A DNA stretch of 64,000 bases from positions 32,001 to 96,000 of the forward strand of contig OZ220090.1 of NCBI GenBank assembly GCA_964291625.2. The letters are read 5' to 3'. The DNA comes from Candidatus Latescibacterota bacterium. Its GTDB lineage: Bacteria; Latescibacterota; UBA2968; UBA8231. This document shows positions 38,196-48,456 of the stretch, in pieces. Below the pieces are notes generated by a model, which was given only the letters and a program-made list of their open reading frames with translations, was not told the origin of the DNA and did no database searches. The number at the start of each line of letters is the position of its first letter. Within the stretch, counting starts at the first letter, position 1. The position numbers were made by a program, and so were the translations under genes.

Positions 38196-39875
38196 ATGCC
38201 GCAGGTGCCGCGCAGGAGCTTCCTCAAGTCGCTCCTGGCCGGCTCCGTGTGTCTGCCCTACGCCTGCGGCGAGCGCCCGCCGCCCCCCCATGGGGTCGAC
38301 GTGGAGGCCCGCTTCGTCGATGCCGTGCCGCCGGAGCGCGGCCACCTGCTGCTGCCCGCCGTCGAACCCGCGGAGTTCGCCGCCGCGGCCGAGACCAGCG
38401 TCGACGTGCTCGTCGTCGGCGGCGGCGTGTCGGGACTGGCGGCCTGCTGGAAGCTCCGGCAGGCCGGGGTGGAGCGCCTGCTCCTGGTGGAGCTCGCCGA
38501 CACTCTCGGCGGAAATGCCGTGGCCGGGCAGGCAGGCGACCTGGTATTCCCCTGGGGGGCCCACTACATCAACGTGCCGCCGGCAGAGGCGGACTGCGTC
38601 CACGAGGTGCTCTCCGATCTCGGCGTGATCCGCGGGTACGACGCCGCCGGCCGTCCCCTGGTGGACCCCGACCACCTGTTGCGCTGGCCCGCCGAGCGGT
38701 TGTGGGCGGACGGCAGCTGGGTCGAGGGGCTCGACCCCTTCGCCGACGCCGGGGAGGGGGAGATGGAGGAGCTGCGGGCCTTCGAGGACGACATGCTGCG
38801 CTGGACCTTGCACCGCGGGCGGGACGGCCGCCGGGCCTTCGCCATGCCCCTGGCCTACAGCACGGCCGAGGCCCGGGTGCGCCAGCTGGACGACCAGAGC
38901 ATGGCCCGCTACGTGGAGAGCCGCGGCTGGCGCAGCCGGCGCCTCGCGTGGCTCATCGATCAGGCCTGCAAGGACGACTACGGCAGCCTCGCCGCCGACG
39001 TCTCGGCCTGGGCCGGCATCCACTACTTCGCCTGCCGCTACTACGACTACCGCCTGAGGCAGGACTACCCCTCCGACACCTTGACCTGGCCCCAGGGCAA
39101 CCAGTTCCTCGCCGACGGCCTGGCGCGGGGGCTGACGGCCGGGGAGCGATGGCTGGCGACGGCCGTCGTCGGCCTCCGCGGTGGGGGAGCGACGGCCGAG
39201 GCCCTGTGCATCCACGCCCCCACGGGCCAGCGGCGGCGGGTCCGGGCCCGGTCCGTCGTCTACGCCGGCAAGCTGCACACGGCGGCGCGCGTCGTCGCCG
39301 ACCTGCCCGAGGCCCAGAGGCGGGCCATGGCCGGACCGGAATACGTTCCCTGGATCGTCGCCGCGGTGAGGCTGTCCGCCGAGCTGGGCGACGCGGGTCT
39401 GGCCTGGGACAACGTGGTGATGGGCAGCCCTTCCGTCGGCTACGTCTCGGCCCGCCATCAGACCTCGCCGGCCCCGGAGGACGGGGGGGAGGTCCTCGTT
39501 TACTACCTGCCCCTGGTCGGGGACCCGGCCGCCTCCCGGCAGGAGCTGCTGCGGAGCGATCCGCAGCCGTGGGCGCGAAGGGTGATGGCCGATCTGGTCC
39601 GCGTCCATCCGCAACTGCCCGGTCTGGTGGAAGGGATCGACATCTGCCGCTGGGGCCACGGCATGGTCCGTCCGGCGCCGGGCCTCATCTGGGGGCCCGA
39701 GAGCGATCTGCGGCGTCAGCCGTGGGGGACCGTGGCCTTCGCGTCCTGCGACGCCACCGGGCTGCCCCTCTTCGAGGAGTCCCTGTTCACCGGCATCGCC
39801 GCGGCCGAGCGCTGTCTCGACGTGCTCGACGCTCCCTACAAGACATCCCTCCACGGCCTGCCGGCCCATGGATGA
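38196..39875 (+). CDS. FAD-dependent amine oxidoreductase with Tat (possibly lipoprotein) signal
   Basis: RRSFLK Tat motif followed by LPYAC; VLVVGGGVSGLAA Rossmann motif, LGGNA, PWGAHY, RWGHGM, PLFEE. Confidence 0.8.
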   Translation: MPQVPRRSFLKSLLAGSVCLPYACGERPPPPHGVDVEARFVDAVPPERGHLLLPAVEPAEFAAAAETSVDVLVVGGGVSGLAACWKLRQAGVERLLLVELADTLGGNAVAGQAGDLVFPWGAHYINVPPAEADCVHEVLSDLGVIRGYDAAGRPLVDPDHLLRWPAERLWADGSWVEGLDPFADAGEGEMEELRAFEDDMLRWTLHRGRDGRRAFAMPLAYSTAEARVRQLDDQSMARYVESRGWRSRRLAWLIDQACKDDYGSLAADVSAWAGIHYFACRYYDYRLRQDYPSDTLTWPQGNQFLADGLARGLTAGERWLATAVVGLRGGGATAEALCIHAPTGQRRRVRARSVVYAGKLHTAARVVADLPEAQRRAMAGPEYVPWIVAAVRLSAELGDAGLAWDNVVMGSPSVGYVSARHQTSPAPEDGGEVLVYYLPLVGDPAASRQELLRSDPQPWARRVMADLVRVHPQLPGLVEGIDICRWGHGMVRPAPGLIWGPESDLRRQPWGTVAFASCDATGLPLFEESLFTGIAAAERCLDVLDAPYKTSLHGLPAHG

Positions 39876-41406
39876 GCCCGCCGCCGGCCGCGGCTCCTGG
39901 GGCCCGGCGCTGCTCCTGGCCGCCATCTTCACGGCGGCGGCCTGCGCCATCGTCTACGAGCTCCTCATCGGCAGCACCTCGGCCTACTTCCTCGGCGACA
40001 GTGTCGAGCAGTTCTCGGTCACCATCGGCCTCTTCCTCGCCTCCATGGGCCTGGGATCCTGGGTGTCGCGGGCCATCACGGAGCGCCTGCTGGAGCGCTT
40101 CATCGCCTTCGAGCTGTGGCTGGCGGCCGTCGGCGGATGCTCGGTTCCGGTCCTCTACCTCGCCTACCTGCACAGCGGCCAGTTCCGCTACGTCATGGTC
40201 CTCCTCATCGTCGCCGTGGGCGCCCTCGTCGGCCTGGAACTGCCGCTGCTGACCCGCATGCTCCAGCGCTACGGCGAGCTGCGCACGGTGCTGTCCAACG
40301 TCCTGCTCCTCGACTACCTGGGCTCCCTGCTGGCGGCGCTGCTCTTTCCCTTCCTGCTCCTGCCCCTGCTGGGCGCCTTCGACACCGCCCTGGCGGCGGG
40401 CCTCCTCAACGCCGGCGTCGGCCTCGCGCTGCTGGCCGGGTTCTGGTCCAGGCTCGGGCGAGGCGCGCGGGGCCGGCTCCTGGGCCTGGGGCTGGTCGTC
40501 ACCTGCGGCCTGGGTCTGGCCCTGGCGGCGGCCAACCCCCTCCGCCAGCAGCTGGAGAGCGATCTCTACACCGACCGGATCGTCCACAGCGAGCGCTCAC
40601 CGTACCAGCGGATCGTCCTCACCCAGTGGGGCGACGACGTCCGCCTCTACCTGGACCGCCACCTGCAGTTCTCCTCCGTCGACGAGTACCGCTACCACGA
40701 GTCCCTGGTGCACCCGGCCATGGCCCTGGCCCCCCACCGGCAGCGGGTGCTCGTCATCGGCGGCGGCGACGGGCTCTCGGTGAGGGAGGTGCTGCGCCAC
40801 CGCGGCGTGGAGCGGGTCGACCTGGTCGATCTGGATCCGGCGGTCATCGACCTGGCCCGGCGCGACCTGCGCCTCACGCGCCTCAACGACAACGCTCTCA
40901 GCCGGCCGGGAGTCCGTATCTTCTCGGAGGACGGTTTCTCCTTCCTCCAGCGGGCCCACGAGCCCTATGGCGTCATCATCATCGATCTGCCCGACCCCCG
41001 GGACGAGGCCCTCTCCAAGCTCTACTCGATCGAGGTCTACCGCCTGTGCGCCCGCCATCTCTCCCCGGGAGGGGTGGTGGTCACGCAGGCCTCGAGTCCT
41101 TACTATGCGAGGACAACGTTCTGGAGCATCGCCGCCACCATGGCCGAAGCCGGCTTGCGCGTCGTGCCCTACCACACACTCGTGCCGTCCTTCGGCGAGT
41201 GGGGGTTCGTCGCCGGCCTCAGCGGTCGTGGTGAGCCGCGGGACGTGACCTTCGACGTGGACGGCCTTCGATTCATGACTGCGGAGATCTTCCGGCAGAT
41301 GCTGATCTTCCCCGGCGACATGAGCCGGCCGGCGGAGGTCGTCGTCAACCGCCTCGACCGGCCGGTGCTGTCGAGGCAGTACCGGGAAGACTGGAGCCGC
41401 TGGTAG
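39868..41406 (+). CDS. speE: Polyamine aminopropyltransferase with N-terminal membrane domain
   Basis: About 7 TM N-terminal segments; SPYQRI, LQFSSVDEYRYHESLVHP, VLVIGGGDG, IIIDLPDP, VPSFGEWGF. Confidence 0.9.
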   Translation: MDEPAAGRGSWGPALLLAAIFTAAACAIVYELLIGSTSAYFLGDSVEQFSVTIGLFLASMGLGSWVSRAITERLLERFIAFELWLAAVGGCSVPVLYLAYLHSGQFRYVMVLLIVAVGALVGLELPLLTRMLQRYGELRTVLSNVLLLDYLGSLLAALLFPFLLLPLLGAFDTALAAGLLNAGVGLALLAGFWSRLGRGARGRLLGLGLVVTCGLGLALAAANPLRQQLESDLYTDRIVHSERSPYQRIVLTQWGDDVRLYLDRHLQFSSVDEYRYHESLVHPAMALAPHRQRVLVIGGGDGLSVREVLRHRGVERVDLVDLDPAVIDLARRDLRLTRLNDNALSRPGVRIFSEDGFSFLQRAHEPYGVIIIDLPDPRDEALSKLYSIEVYRLCARHLSPGGVVVTQASSPYYARTTFWSIAATMAEAGLRVVPYHTLVPSFGEWGFVAGLSGRGEPRDVTFDVDGLRFMTAEIFRQMLIFPGDMSRPAEVVVNRLDRPVLSRQYREDWSRW

Positions 41407-41425
41407 GCGCGGTGAGGAGGATCCG

Positions 41426-41998
41426 ATGATCAGCCGGGTCAGGAAGTGGCTCGGGGGCCGGGACGCCGAGGACGACCACGCCGGTCTCGCCGACCTGCGG
41501 CTCGATTCCATGGGCCCGGGCGATCTCGTCGACCACGACCTGAAGACCTGGGAGGTCACCGGCCGGAGCGTCTACGACTACGACGGTTTCCCGGCCCGGG
41601 AGTGGCAGCTGACCTGCGGCGAGGAGGTGCGCTTTCTCGAGCGCTCCGAGGAGGACGGGCGGGTCGAATGGACGTTGACGCGCAGCATCCCCATCGGTGA
41701 GATTCAGGAAGACGTGGCCGCCGCCATCGCCGCCGATGAAGACCCGCCCCGGGTGATCCACTTCGAGAGCCGGCGCTACTCGGCCTCGGAGTCCACCGCC
41801 GGGGTGCAGTGGGACCTGGCCGGCGACGGCTCGAAGGCCGAGGGGTCCGCGCGCGAGTTCATCAACTGGAGCTACGAGGCCGAGGACGGACGCGTCCTGT
41901 TTCTCGTGCAGTGGGGTGAGCAGCGGTTCTCCGCCTACGAGGGGGAGAACGTCGAGGAGTACTCCTTCACCGACATCCTGCCTGGAGGTGAACGGTGA
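41426..41998 (+). CDS. DUF4178-like protein
   Basis: GDLVDHDLKTWEVTGR..YD..REW pattern; typical member of PspA-spermidine synthase neighbourhoods. Confidence 0.6.
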   Translation: MISRVRKWLGGRDAEDDHAGLADLRLDSMGPGDLVDHDLKTWEVTGRSVYDYDGFPAREWQLTCGEEVRFLERSEEDGRVEWTLTRSIPIGEIQEDVAAAIAADEDPPRVIHFESRRYSASESTAGVQWDLAGDGSKAEGSAREFINWSYEAEDGRVLFLVQWGEQRFSAYEGENVEEYSFTDILPGGER

Positions 41999-42735
41999 GG
42001 CAACCGAGGGGGATTCGCCCCCAGACCCGTGGAGTTCCGGCCCGCCGTGCGCTGATCGCCGGGGCCGCCCTGATCGCCGCCGCCGCCGCCGGATGCGGCC
42101 GGACCCCCGACCCCGTGGCGCAGACGGCCCGCGACCTCGAACGCTACCCGGAGTACGCCGTCATCATCGAGGACCTGAAGGTGGAGGACGGGTTCTTCCC
42201 CGACTACTTCCTCCGCCTGCGGCTCATGACGGCCAGCGGCCAGCGGGTCGCCGGGAAGGACACCCTGGTCTACGAGGACCGGGTCACGGACTGGCTGGAG
42301 GTGGAGGAGGAGGTCATGGCCCGCTACCAGCACTACCTGGGCATGGTGGTGGCCGGCAAGACCCTCGACGGCAAGCGCACCACGTCCCGCCAGGCCCACC
42401 CCCCGGGGTACCAGTACGTCGGCAACAGTCAGTACGGCACCTGGGGCGCCGGCGGGTTCTGGCAGTTTTACGGCCAGTACGCCTTCATGAGCGCCATGCT
42501 CGGCGGTTTCGGGGTGGGCCGCGGCGACTACGCCGACTACCGCCGCAACCGCGAGGTCGGCCGGCCTCACTTCGGCCCCACCCGCCAGGGGCGGCGGACC
42601 TTCGGCACCGCCGGGACGCAGACCCAGAAGACCCGTCCCGACTTCTACCAGCGCTACCGGCAGCGCTCCACCGGCGGCGGGCGCGGCTTCGCGACGCGGA
42701 CCTCCGGTGTCGGCGGCAGGCGCTTCGGCAAGTGA
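41995..42735 (+). CDS. Lipoprotein with Gly/Arg-rich C-terminal tail
   Basis: Lipobox AAGC; PPGYQYVGN..YG.W..FWQFYGQYAFM; low-complexity tail. Confidence 0.65.
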   Translation: MRQPRGIRPQTRGVPARRALIAGAALIAAAAAGCGRTPDPVAQTARDLERYPEYAVIIEDLKVEDGFFPDYFLRLRLMTASGQRVAGKDTLVYEDRVTDWLEVEEEVMARYQHYLGMVVAGKTLDGKRTTSRQAHPPGYQYVGNSQYGTWGAGGFWQFYGQYAFMSAMLGGFGVGRGDYADYRRNREVGRPHFGPTRQGRRTFGTAGTQTQKTRPDFYQRYRQRSTGGGRGFATRTSGVGGRRFGK

Positions 42736-42766
42736 CCCGATCTCGAAACTGAGAGGGAGGTAGCCA

Positions 42767-43612
42767 GTGGATTCCATGCTGATTCCCATGGGCCAGTCGG
42801 CCGTGTACCTGCTCGAGGCCTTCGTCCTGCTCGTCATCGCCAAGTGGGCGTACACCAGCTTCTACCGCCGCGTGCATCTGAAGGAGGAGCTCTTCGACAA
42901 GGGCAACGCCGCCCTCGCGGTGTCGACGGCGGGCTACCTCTTCGGCATCGTCATCGCTCTCGGAGGCGTCCTTCTGGGGCCCTCCGCGGGGTGGCAGGCG
43001 GACCTGACGGCGATCGCCCTCTACGGCCTCATGACCATCGCCATGATGCTGGCGGCCAGCTGGCTGTGCGAGAAGGTCCTGCTCTCCCGCTTCGACAACA
43101 CCAAGGAAGTCGTGGAGGACCAGAACCTGGGCACGGCCTTCGTCGAAGCCGGGGTCCACATCGCCAACGGCCTCATCCTCCTGGCCATCCAGCAGGGCGC
43201 CGGCCCCTGGTGGGCGGGCCTCGTGTTCTGGGCCCTGGCCCAGGCCGTGCTGCTGATCCTCGGGCGGATCTACGAGATGGCCACGCCCCACAGCGTCCAC
43301 GACGAGCTCGAGCGCGACAACGCCGCCGTGGGGCTCGCCCTCGCGGGAGCGCTGGTGGGGATGGGCAACATCATCAGCCTCGCCGTGGCCGGGGACTTCA
43401 CGGGCTGGACGGACGGCCTGACCACCTTTGGCGCCGATGCCGCCTTCGGCCTGGTCATCCTCCTCGTCATCCGGCGGCTGAGCTGCGCCCTGCTGGCACC
43501 AGGCGTCAGCCTGGCCGCCCAGCAGACGCAGGAGACGCCCCGCACCGGCGCCGGTCTGCTGGAGGCTTTCGGCTACGTGGGCGGCAGCATGCTGGTCGTC
43601 TGGGTGCTCTGA
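42767..43612 (+). CDS. DUF350 membrane protein (tandem units)
   Basis: Repeated EL..(G/D/Q)N.A.(A/G) motifs between TM pairs. Confidence 0.75.
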   Translation: MDSMLIPMGQSAVYLLEAFVLLVIAKWAYTSFYRRVHLKEELFDKGNAALAVSTAGYLFGIVIALGGVLLGPSAGWQADLTAIALYGLMTIAMMLAASWLCEKVLLSRFDNTKEVVEDQNLGTAFVEAGVHIANGLILLAIQQGAGPWWAGLVFWALAQAVLLILGRIYEMATPHSVHDELERDNAAVGLALAGALVGMGNIISLAVAGDFTGWTDGLTTFGADAAFGLVILLVIRRLSCALLAPGVSLAAQQTQETPRTGAGLLEAFGYVGGSMLVVWVL

Positions 43613-43651
43613 CACCCGCCCCGGAAGAGACGCGCCCGACCCGAGATCGCC

Positions 43652-44695
43652 GTGCCCATCTGGCTGCCCCTCATGCGCGTCTGGCGGCGGGTCGTCCACC
43701 GCCATTCCCTGGCGTGGATCTCCCTGCTGTCGGCGTCGCTCATCGTCGTCGGCGGGGTGCTGTTCTCGTTGATAGAGGACCAGCCCCTCGGCGACGGACT
43801 GTGGTGGGCGGTGGTGACGACGACGACCGTGGGCTACGGGGACTACTCGCCGGTGACCGCCCAGGGCCGGGTGGTGGGCGCCTTTCTGATGGTGCTGGGC
43901 ATCGGCGTCCTCGGCGGTTTCACGGCGGAGCTGGCCACCTTCATCATCGAGCACCGGAGCCGTAAAGACAGGGGGATCAAGCCCGTGAAGACGGATGGAC
44001 ATATCCTGGTCTGCGGCTGGAACGAGACCGGCGAGGATCTGGTCCGCAACATCCTCGCCGACAGCCTGCGAGTGGAGGTCGTGGTCCTCGCCGAGCTTCC
44101 CGGTCACCCCTTGCCCGCCGAGGGCGGGGCCGGCCGCGTGAACTTCGTCCACGGGAGGGTGGAGGCGGAGGCCCTGGACCGCGCTTCCGCGCGGGACTGC
44201 TCGGGGGCGGTGATCCTGGGAGACCAGGAGATCGAGGACACGGCCGGCCGCGACGCCAAGACGCTGATCCGGGCGCTGACGATCAAGGAGTACGAGCCGG
44301 CCCTCCACGTCTGCATCCAGCTCTACGACCCCGGCTCCACCCGGCACGCCGACATCTCCCGGGCCGACGAGGTCGTGGTCGTGGGCGCCCTCTCCAGCGG
44401 GCTGCTCAGCCGCGCCGTCCTCGACCCGGGCAGCTCGCGGGCGATCTCGAGCCTGGTGCGCGCCGAGGAGCAGTGCGAGATCTACCTTGTCGAGGTCCCC
44501 CCCGACTGGCCGGGAAAGCGCTTCGGCGAGATGCTGCCGGTGGCCAAGGAGACCCTCGACGTGCTGCTCGTCGGCGTCGAATCGGCTTCAGGGGGCCTGG
44601 TGGTGAATCCCCCCGGCGACTACGCCTTTGCCGCCGGCGACCGGCTGGCCGTCATCTCCGAGGACCGCCCCGACATCCGGACCCTCCACGGATGA
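43652..44695 (+). CDS. Potassium channel with TrkA/RCK domain
   Basis: Selectivity filter TTVGYGD; HILVCGWN RCK domain. Confidence 0.9.
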   Translation: MPIWLPLMRVWRRVVHRHSLAWISLLSASLIVVGGVLFSLIEDQPLGDGLWWAVVTTTTVGYGDYSPVTAQGRVVGAFLMVLGIGVLGGFTAELATFIIEHRSRKDRGIKPVKTDGHILVCGWNETGEDLVRNILADSLRVEVVVLAELPGHPLPAEGGAGRVNFVHGRVEAEALDRASARDCSGAVILGDQEIEDTAGRDAKTLIRALTIKEYEPALHVCIQLYDPGSTRHADISRADEVVVVGALSSGLLSRAVLDPGSSRAISSLVRAEEQCEIYLVEVPPDWPGKRFGEMLPVAKETLDVLLVGVESASGGLVVNPPGDYAFAAGDRLAVISEDRPDIRTLHG

Positions 44696-45087
44696 GCCCG
44701 TCTCTCCCGGCACCCGTCGACACCGGGGTGAGATCCGCCCTGGGCCGCCATCTCCTGGTCGATCTCTACGGCTGCGCCCGGGGGCTGCTCGACGACGTGG
44801 ACCATGTCCGCCGGGGCCTGCTGGCCGCCGCCGAGGAGGCCGGCGCCACCGTGGTGGACGCACACTTCCACAGCTTCTCCCCATGCGGCGTCACCGGCAC
44901 CGTATCGATCCAGGAGAGCCATCTCTCCATCCACACCTGGCCGGAGCACCAGTACGCCGCCGTCGACATCTTCACCTGCGGCGACTCCATCGATCCCTGG
45001 CGCGCCTACGAGTCTCTCAAGACCGCCCTCGAGGCCGACCGGGGCTCCGCCATGGAGATCCGGCGGGGACGGCCCGACCTGTTGTAG
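44692..45087 (+). CDS. speD: S-adenosylmethionine decarboxylase proenzyme
   Basis: LGRHLLVDLYGC, FSPCGVTG, ESHLSIHTWPE self-cleavage motif, DIFTCG. Confidence 0.92.
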   Translation: MSPSLPAPVDTGVRSALGRHLLVDLYGCARGLLDDVDHVRRGLLAAAEEAGATVVDAHFHSFSPCGVTGTVSIQESHLSIHTWPEHQYAAVDIFTCGDSIDPWRAYESLKTALEADRGSAMEIRRGRPDLL

Positions 45088-45100
45088 CGGTCTGTTGCAG

Positions 45101-45147
45101 CCGGGCCAGATCGGCCCGACGGGCCGAGATTCCTCTCTTGGCCCGGA
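45101..45147. terminator. Nested GC-rich hairpin at the speD/DISARM boundary
   Basis: CCGGGCCA...TGGCCCGG outer arms and TCGGCCC-GAC-GGGCCGA inner hairpin. Confidence 0.3.
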
Positions 45148-45175
45148 TGTACTCTGATCCTTATATGTGCTCCCC

Positions 45176-48100
45176 ATGAGTCTACCCGAGAGACCCCCGA
45201 AACCGGGCGACCTGGTCCTCGTCCGCTCGCGCCGCTGGTTGGTCGAGGATGTGGTAACCAACGGGGCCGCATCCCCTCTCGTTCGCCTCGCCTGCGCTGA
45301 CGACGACGCCCAGGGCCAGGAGCTGGAGGTCTACTGGGACTACGAGATCGACCGCCTGATCCTCGAGGAGGAGGGCTGGGCCGACCTCGCGTCGAAGGGG
45401 TTCGACACGCCGCGGCACTTCGCCGCCTTCCTCCACACCCTGCGCTGGAACTGCGTCACGGCGACCGACCCGAACCTGTTCCAGTCTCCCTTCCGCGCCG
45501 GCATCAAGATCGACGCCTACCAGATGGAGCCCCTGCGCAAGGCCCTGCGCCTGCCCCGGGTGAACCTGTTCATCGCCGACGACACCGGGCTCGGGAAGAC
45601 GATCGAGGCCGGCCTGATCGCCCGGGAGCTGCTGTTGCGGAAGAAGGCGAAGACCATCGTGGTCTCGGCTCCCCCTTCGGTGCTCGAGCAGTGGAGGGGG
45701 GAGTTGGAGGAGCGCTTCGGACTGGTCTTTGAGGTCCTCGACCGGCGCTACCTGGCCCGGATTCGCCGCGAGCGGGGATTCGGCGTGAATCCGTGGCGGA
45801 CCCACAGTCGCTTCCTGGTCTCCCACAACCTGCTGGTCGATCCCACCTACGCCGACCCGATGCGGGAATGGCTGGGGGGGTTGCTGCCAGGGAGCCTGCT
45901 GATCCTCGACGAGGCCCACCACGCGGCACCTTCCAGCGGGGGCCGCTACGGCATCGAGACCAAGTTCACGCGCGCCGTCCGGGATCTATGCGCCCGCTTC
46001 GAACACCGGCTGTTCCTCTCTGCCACGCCCCACAACGGCCACTCCAACAGCTTCTCCACCCTGCTGGAGCTACTCGACCCCTACCGGTTCACACGGGGGG
46101 TGAAGATCCGCGGCAAGGGCGAGCTCGAAGAGGTGATGGTACGCCGCCTCAAGGAGGACATCCGCGAGATCCAAGGGGGCTTCCCCAGGCGGAGTGTCGA
46201 GAGGGTGGAGATCGACGACCTGCCGCCCGACGCCCCCGAGATCCTGCTCTCGGAGCTCCTCGATCAGTACCGCACCGTCCGGGAGGAGCGGCACGCGACG
46301 ACCTCGCAGAGGGCCCGGGCCGCAGCCGGGCTGCTCGTCGTCGGGTTGCAGCAACGGCTGCTCTCCTCCATCGAAGCATTTGCCCGAACCCTCAAGGTGC
46401 ATCGGCGCACCGTGCTGAAGCAGTGGGAACGAGAGCAGGAAGCCGCTGCCGAGATCCCGGAATCCGAAGATCAGGACAGCCTGCTGCGGACAGCCCCGGA
46501 CTCCGATGACGAGCGGGGCGAGTGGGAAGAGGATCAGCTCGAAGCCGAAGAGGAAGCCGAGGTCGAGGCGATGACGGTCGCGGCCGAAGAAGGAAGCGCG
46601 CGAGACGAGAGCACCGAGGTGTTGTGGCGCGGGGAGCAGGAACTCCTGGACCGCATGGAGAAGATCGCCGAGCAGTCGCGGTACCTGCCGGACGCCAAGG
46701 TGCGGCGGCTGATCGATTGGATTCGGGAGAGCCTCTGTCCCGGACTGCCTGCCCTTGGCGAGCGGGCGCAGGGTGAGCCGGCCTATTGGAACAATCGCCG
46801 GGTGCTGATCTTCACCGAGAACCGGGAGGGGACGAAGCGCTATCTGCGGACCATTCTGGAGGAAGCGATCGCAGGAACAGACCTGGCGGACGAGCGCATC
46901 GAGGTGATTGACGGCCTGGTCAGCTCGAAGAATCGGCGGGAGATCCAGAAGCGCTTCAACACCGATCCGGCCAAGGACCCGCTCCGCATTCTACTGGCGA
47001 CGGATGCTGCGCGAGAGGGTCTGAACTTCCAGGCCCACTGTACCGACCTGTTCCACTTTGACCTGCCTTGGAACCCGGGCCGGATCGAACAGCGGAACGG
47101 CCGCATCGACCGCAAGCTGCAGCCCGCCCCTGAGGTCCGGTGCCACTACTTCGTCCTGCCTCAGCGGGCCGAGGACCGCGTTCTGCAAGTCCTGGTCAAC
47201 AAGACCGAGAGGATCAAGCGGGAGTTGGGCAGCCTATCGAAGGTCATCGACGACGATGTCGAACGGCTCCTTCGAGGCGGCATCCGCCACGCGACCGCCG
47301 CCCAACTCGCCGAGGAGATCGAGAATGCCGATCTGGACGAGGAGCGGAAACGGGTTGCGGAAGAGGAGTTGGAGGGCGCCCGCGAGCGCCAGGAAGACCT
47401 GAAGGAGCAGATCGAGCGCTGCCAGTCACTGCTCCAGAACTCACGAGAATCGGTCCGCTTCGAAGAGGGTGCCTTCCGGGATGCGCTTTCCTGCTCGCTT
47501 GAGCTGCTGGGGACGGATCACCTGGAGGAGACTCGCGATCAGGAGGGGCGACAGGTCTGGAGATTCCCTGCTCTCGACCAGAGAGCGGAGACCGACGCCA
47601 GTTGGTCGGCCACGCTCGATACCTTGCGACAGCCAAGGAAGCCGGATCAGAAGGTGACCGAGTGGCGCCGGCAGGCGCCGATCCGTCCGGTCGTCTTCAA
47701 GGACCCCGGCGTTGTTACCGAGGACAGCGTGCACCTGCACCTGGAGCAGCGCGTGGCACAGCGGCTGCTGGCCCGGTTCCGGGCCCAGGGCTTCATCTAC
47801 CACGACTTGACGCGGGCCTGCCTGGCGCAAGCCCGGGACTCGGTACCGCGCGTGATCCTCCTCGGACGGCTCTCGCTGTACGGGCGAAATGCCGAACGCC
47901 TGCACGAGGAGCTGGTTCCGGTAGCAGCAAGATGGGTCGACGCCTCAGGGCGAAGAGGACCGCTCCGGGCGTACGCCCGGGAGACCGAGTTGCGCACGCT
48001 CGACCTGCTCGAAGAGGCCCTCACAGGTGACAGCGTGCGGGTGCCGAACAGGGCGATTCAGGACCGGCTTCTCGCAACTGCGGCGGAGGATATCGAGGAA

Positions 48101-48454
48101 CTGCTGCCCCAACTGGAACCGCGGGCCGAGGAGCTGGCCGGCATCGCCGTCGAGCGTCTGGCCGAGCGCGGAGCCCGCGAGGAGAAGGATCTGCGGGCGA
48201 CGCTGGAGCGCCAGCGTGACCGCGTGGTCGAGGAGTTAAACAGGTACGATCGCGGCTACGAGCAGATGACCCTGAACTTCAACCCCGAGGAGCGGCGGCA
48301 GGTCGAGGAGAACATGCGAGGGTGGCGCCTGCGTCTCGAACAGTTCGACCAGGACCTCGAAGCCGAACCCGCCCGCGTGCGCGAGTTCTACGAGGTGCGG
48401 GCCAGACGCGTCGAGCCGGTCGGCCTCGTCTACCTGTGGCCGGAGACCAACTGA
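45176..48454 (+). CDS. drmD: DISARM SNF2-like helicase
   Basis: LFIADDTGLGKT, DEAHH, SATPHNG, ATDAAREGLN, DLPWNPGRIEQRNGRIDR; C-terminal VEPVGLVYLWP; first gene of class I order. Confidence 0.9.
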   Translation: MSLPERPPKPGDLVLVRSRRWLVEDVVTNGAASPLVRLACADDDAQGQELEVYWDYEIDRLILEEEGWADLASKGFDTPRHFAAFLHTLRWNCVTATDPNLFQSPFRAGIKIDAYQMEPLRKALRLPRVNLFIADDTGLGKTIEAGLIARELLLRKKAKTIVVSAPPSVLEQWRGELEERFGLVFEVLDRRYLARIRRERGFGVNPWRTHSRFLVSHNLLVDPTYADPMREWLGGLLPGSLLILDEAHHAAPSSGGRYGIETKFTRAVRDLCARFEHRLFLSATPHNGHSNSFSTLLELLDPYRFTRGVKIRGKGELEEVMVRRLKEDIREIQGGFPRRSVERVEIDDLPPDAPEILLSELLDQYRTVREERHATTSQRARAAAGLLVVGLQQRLLSSIEAFARTLKVHRRTVLKQWEREQEAAAEIPESEDQDSLLRTAPDSDDERGEWEEDQLEAEEEAEVEAMTVAAEEGSARDESTEVLWRGEQELLDRMEKIAEQSRYLPDAKVRRLIDWIRESLCPGLPALGERAQGEPAYWNNRRVLIFTENREGTKRYLRTILEEAIAGTDLADERIEVIDGLVSSKNRREIQKRFNTDPAKDPLRILLATDAAREGLNFQAHCTDLFHFDLPWNPGRIEQRNGRIDRKLQPAPEVRCHYFVLPQRAEDRVLQVLVNKTERIKRELGSLSKVIDDDVERLLRGGIRHATAAQLAEEIENADLDEERKRVAEEELEGARERQEDLKEQIERCQSLLQNSRESVRFEEGAFRDALSCSLELLGTDHLEETRDQEGRQVWRFPALDQRAETDASWSATLDTLRQPRKPDQKVTEWRRQAPIRPVVFKDPGVVTEDSVHLHLEQRVAQRLLARFRAQGFIYHDLTRACLAQARDSVPRVILLGRLSLYGRNAERLHEELVPVAARWVDASGRRGPLRAYARETELRTLDLLEEALTGDSVRVPNRAIQDRLLATAAEDIEELLPQLEPRAEELAGIAVERLAERGAREEKDLRATLERQRDRVVEELNRYDRGYEQMTLNFNPEERRQVEENMRGWRLRLEQFDQDLEAEPARVREFYEVRARRVEPVGLVYLWPETN

Positions 48455-48456
48455 GC

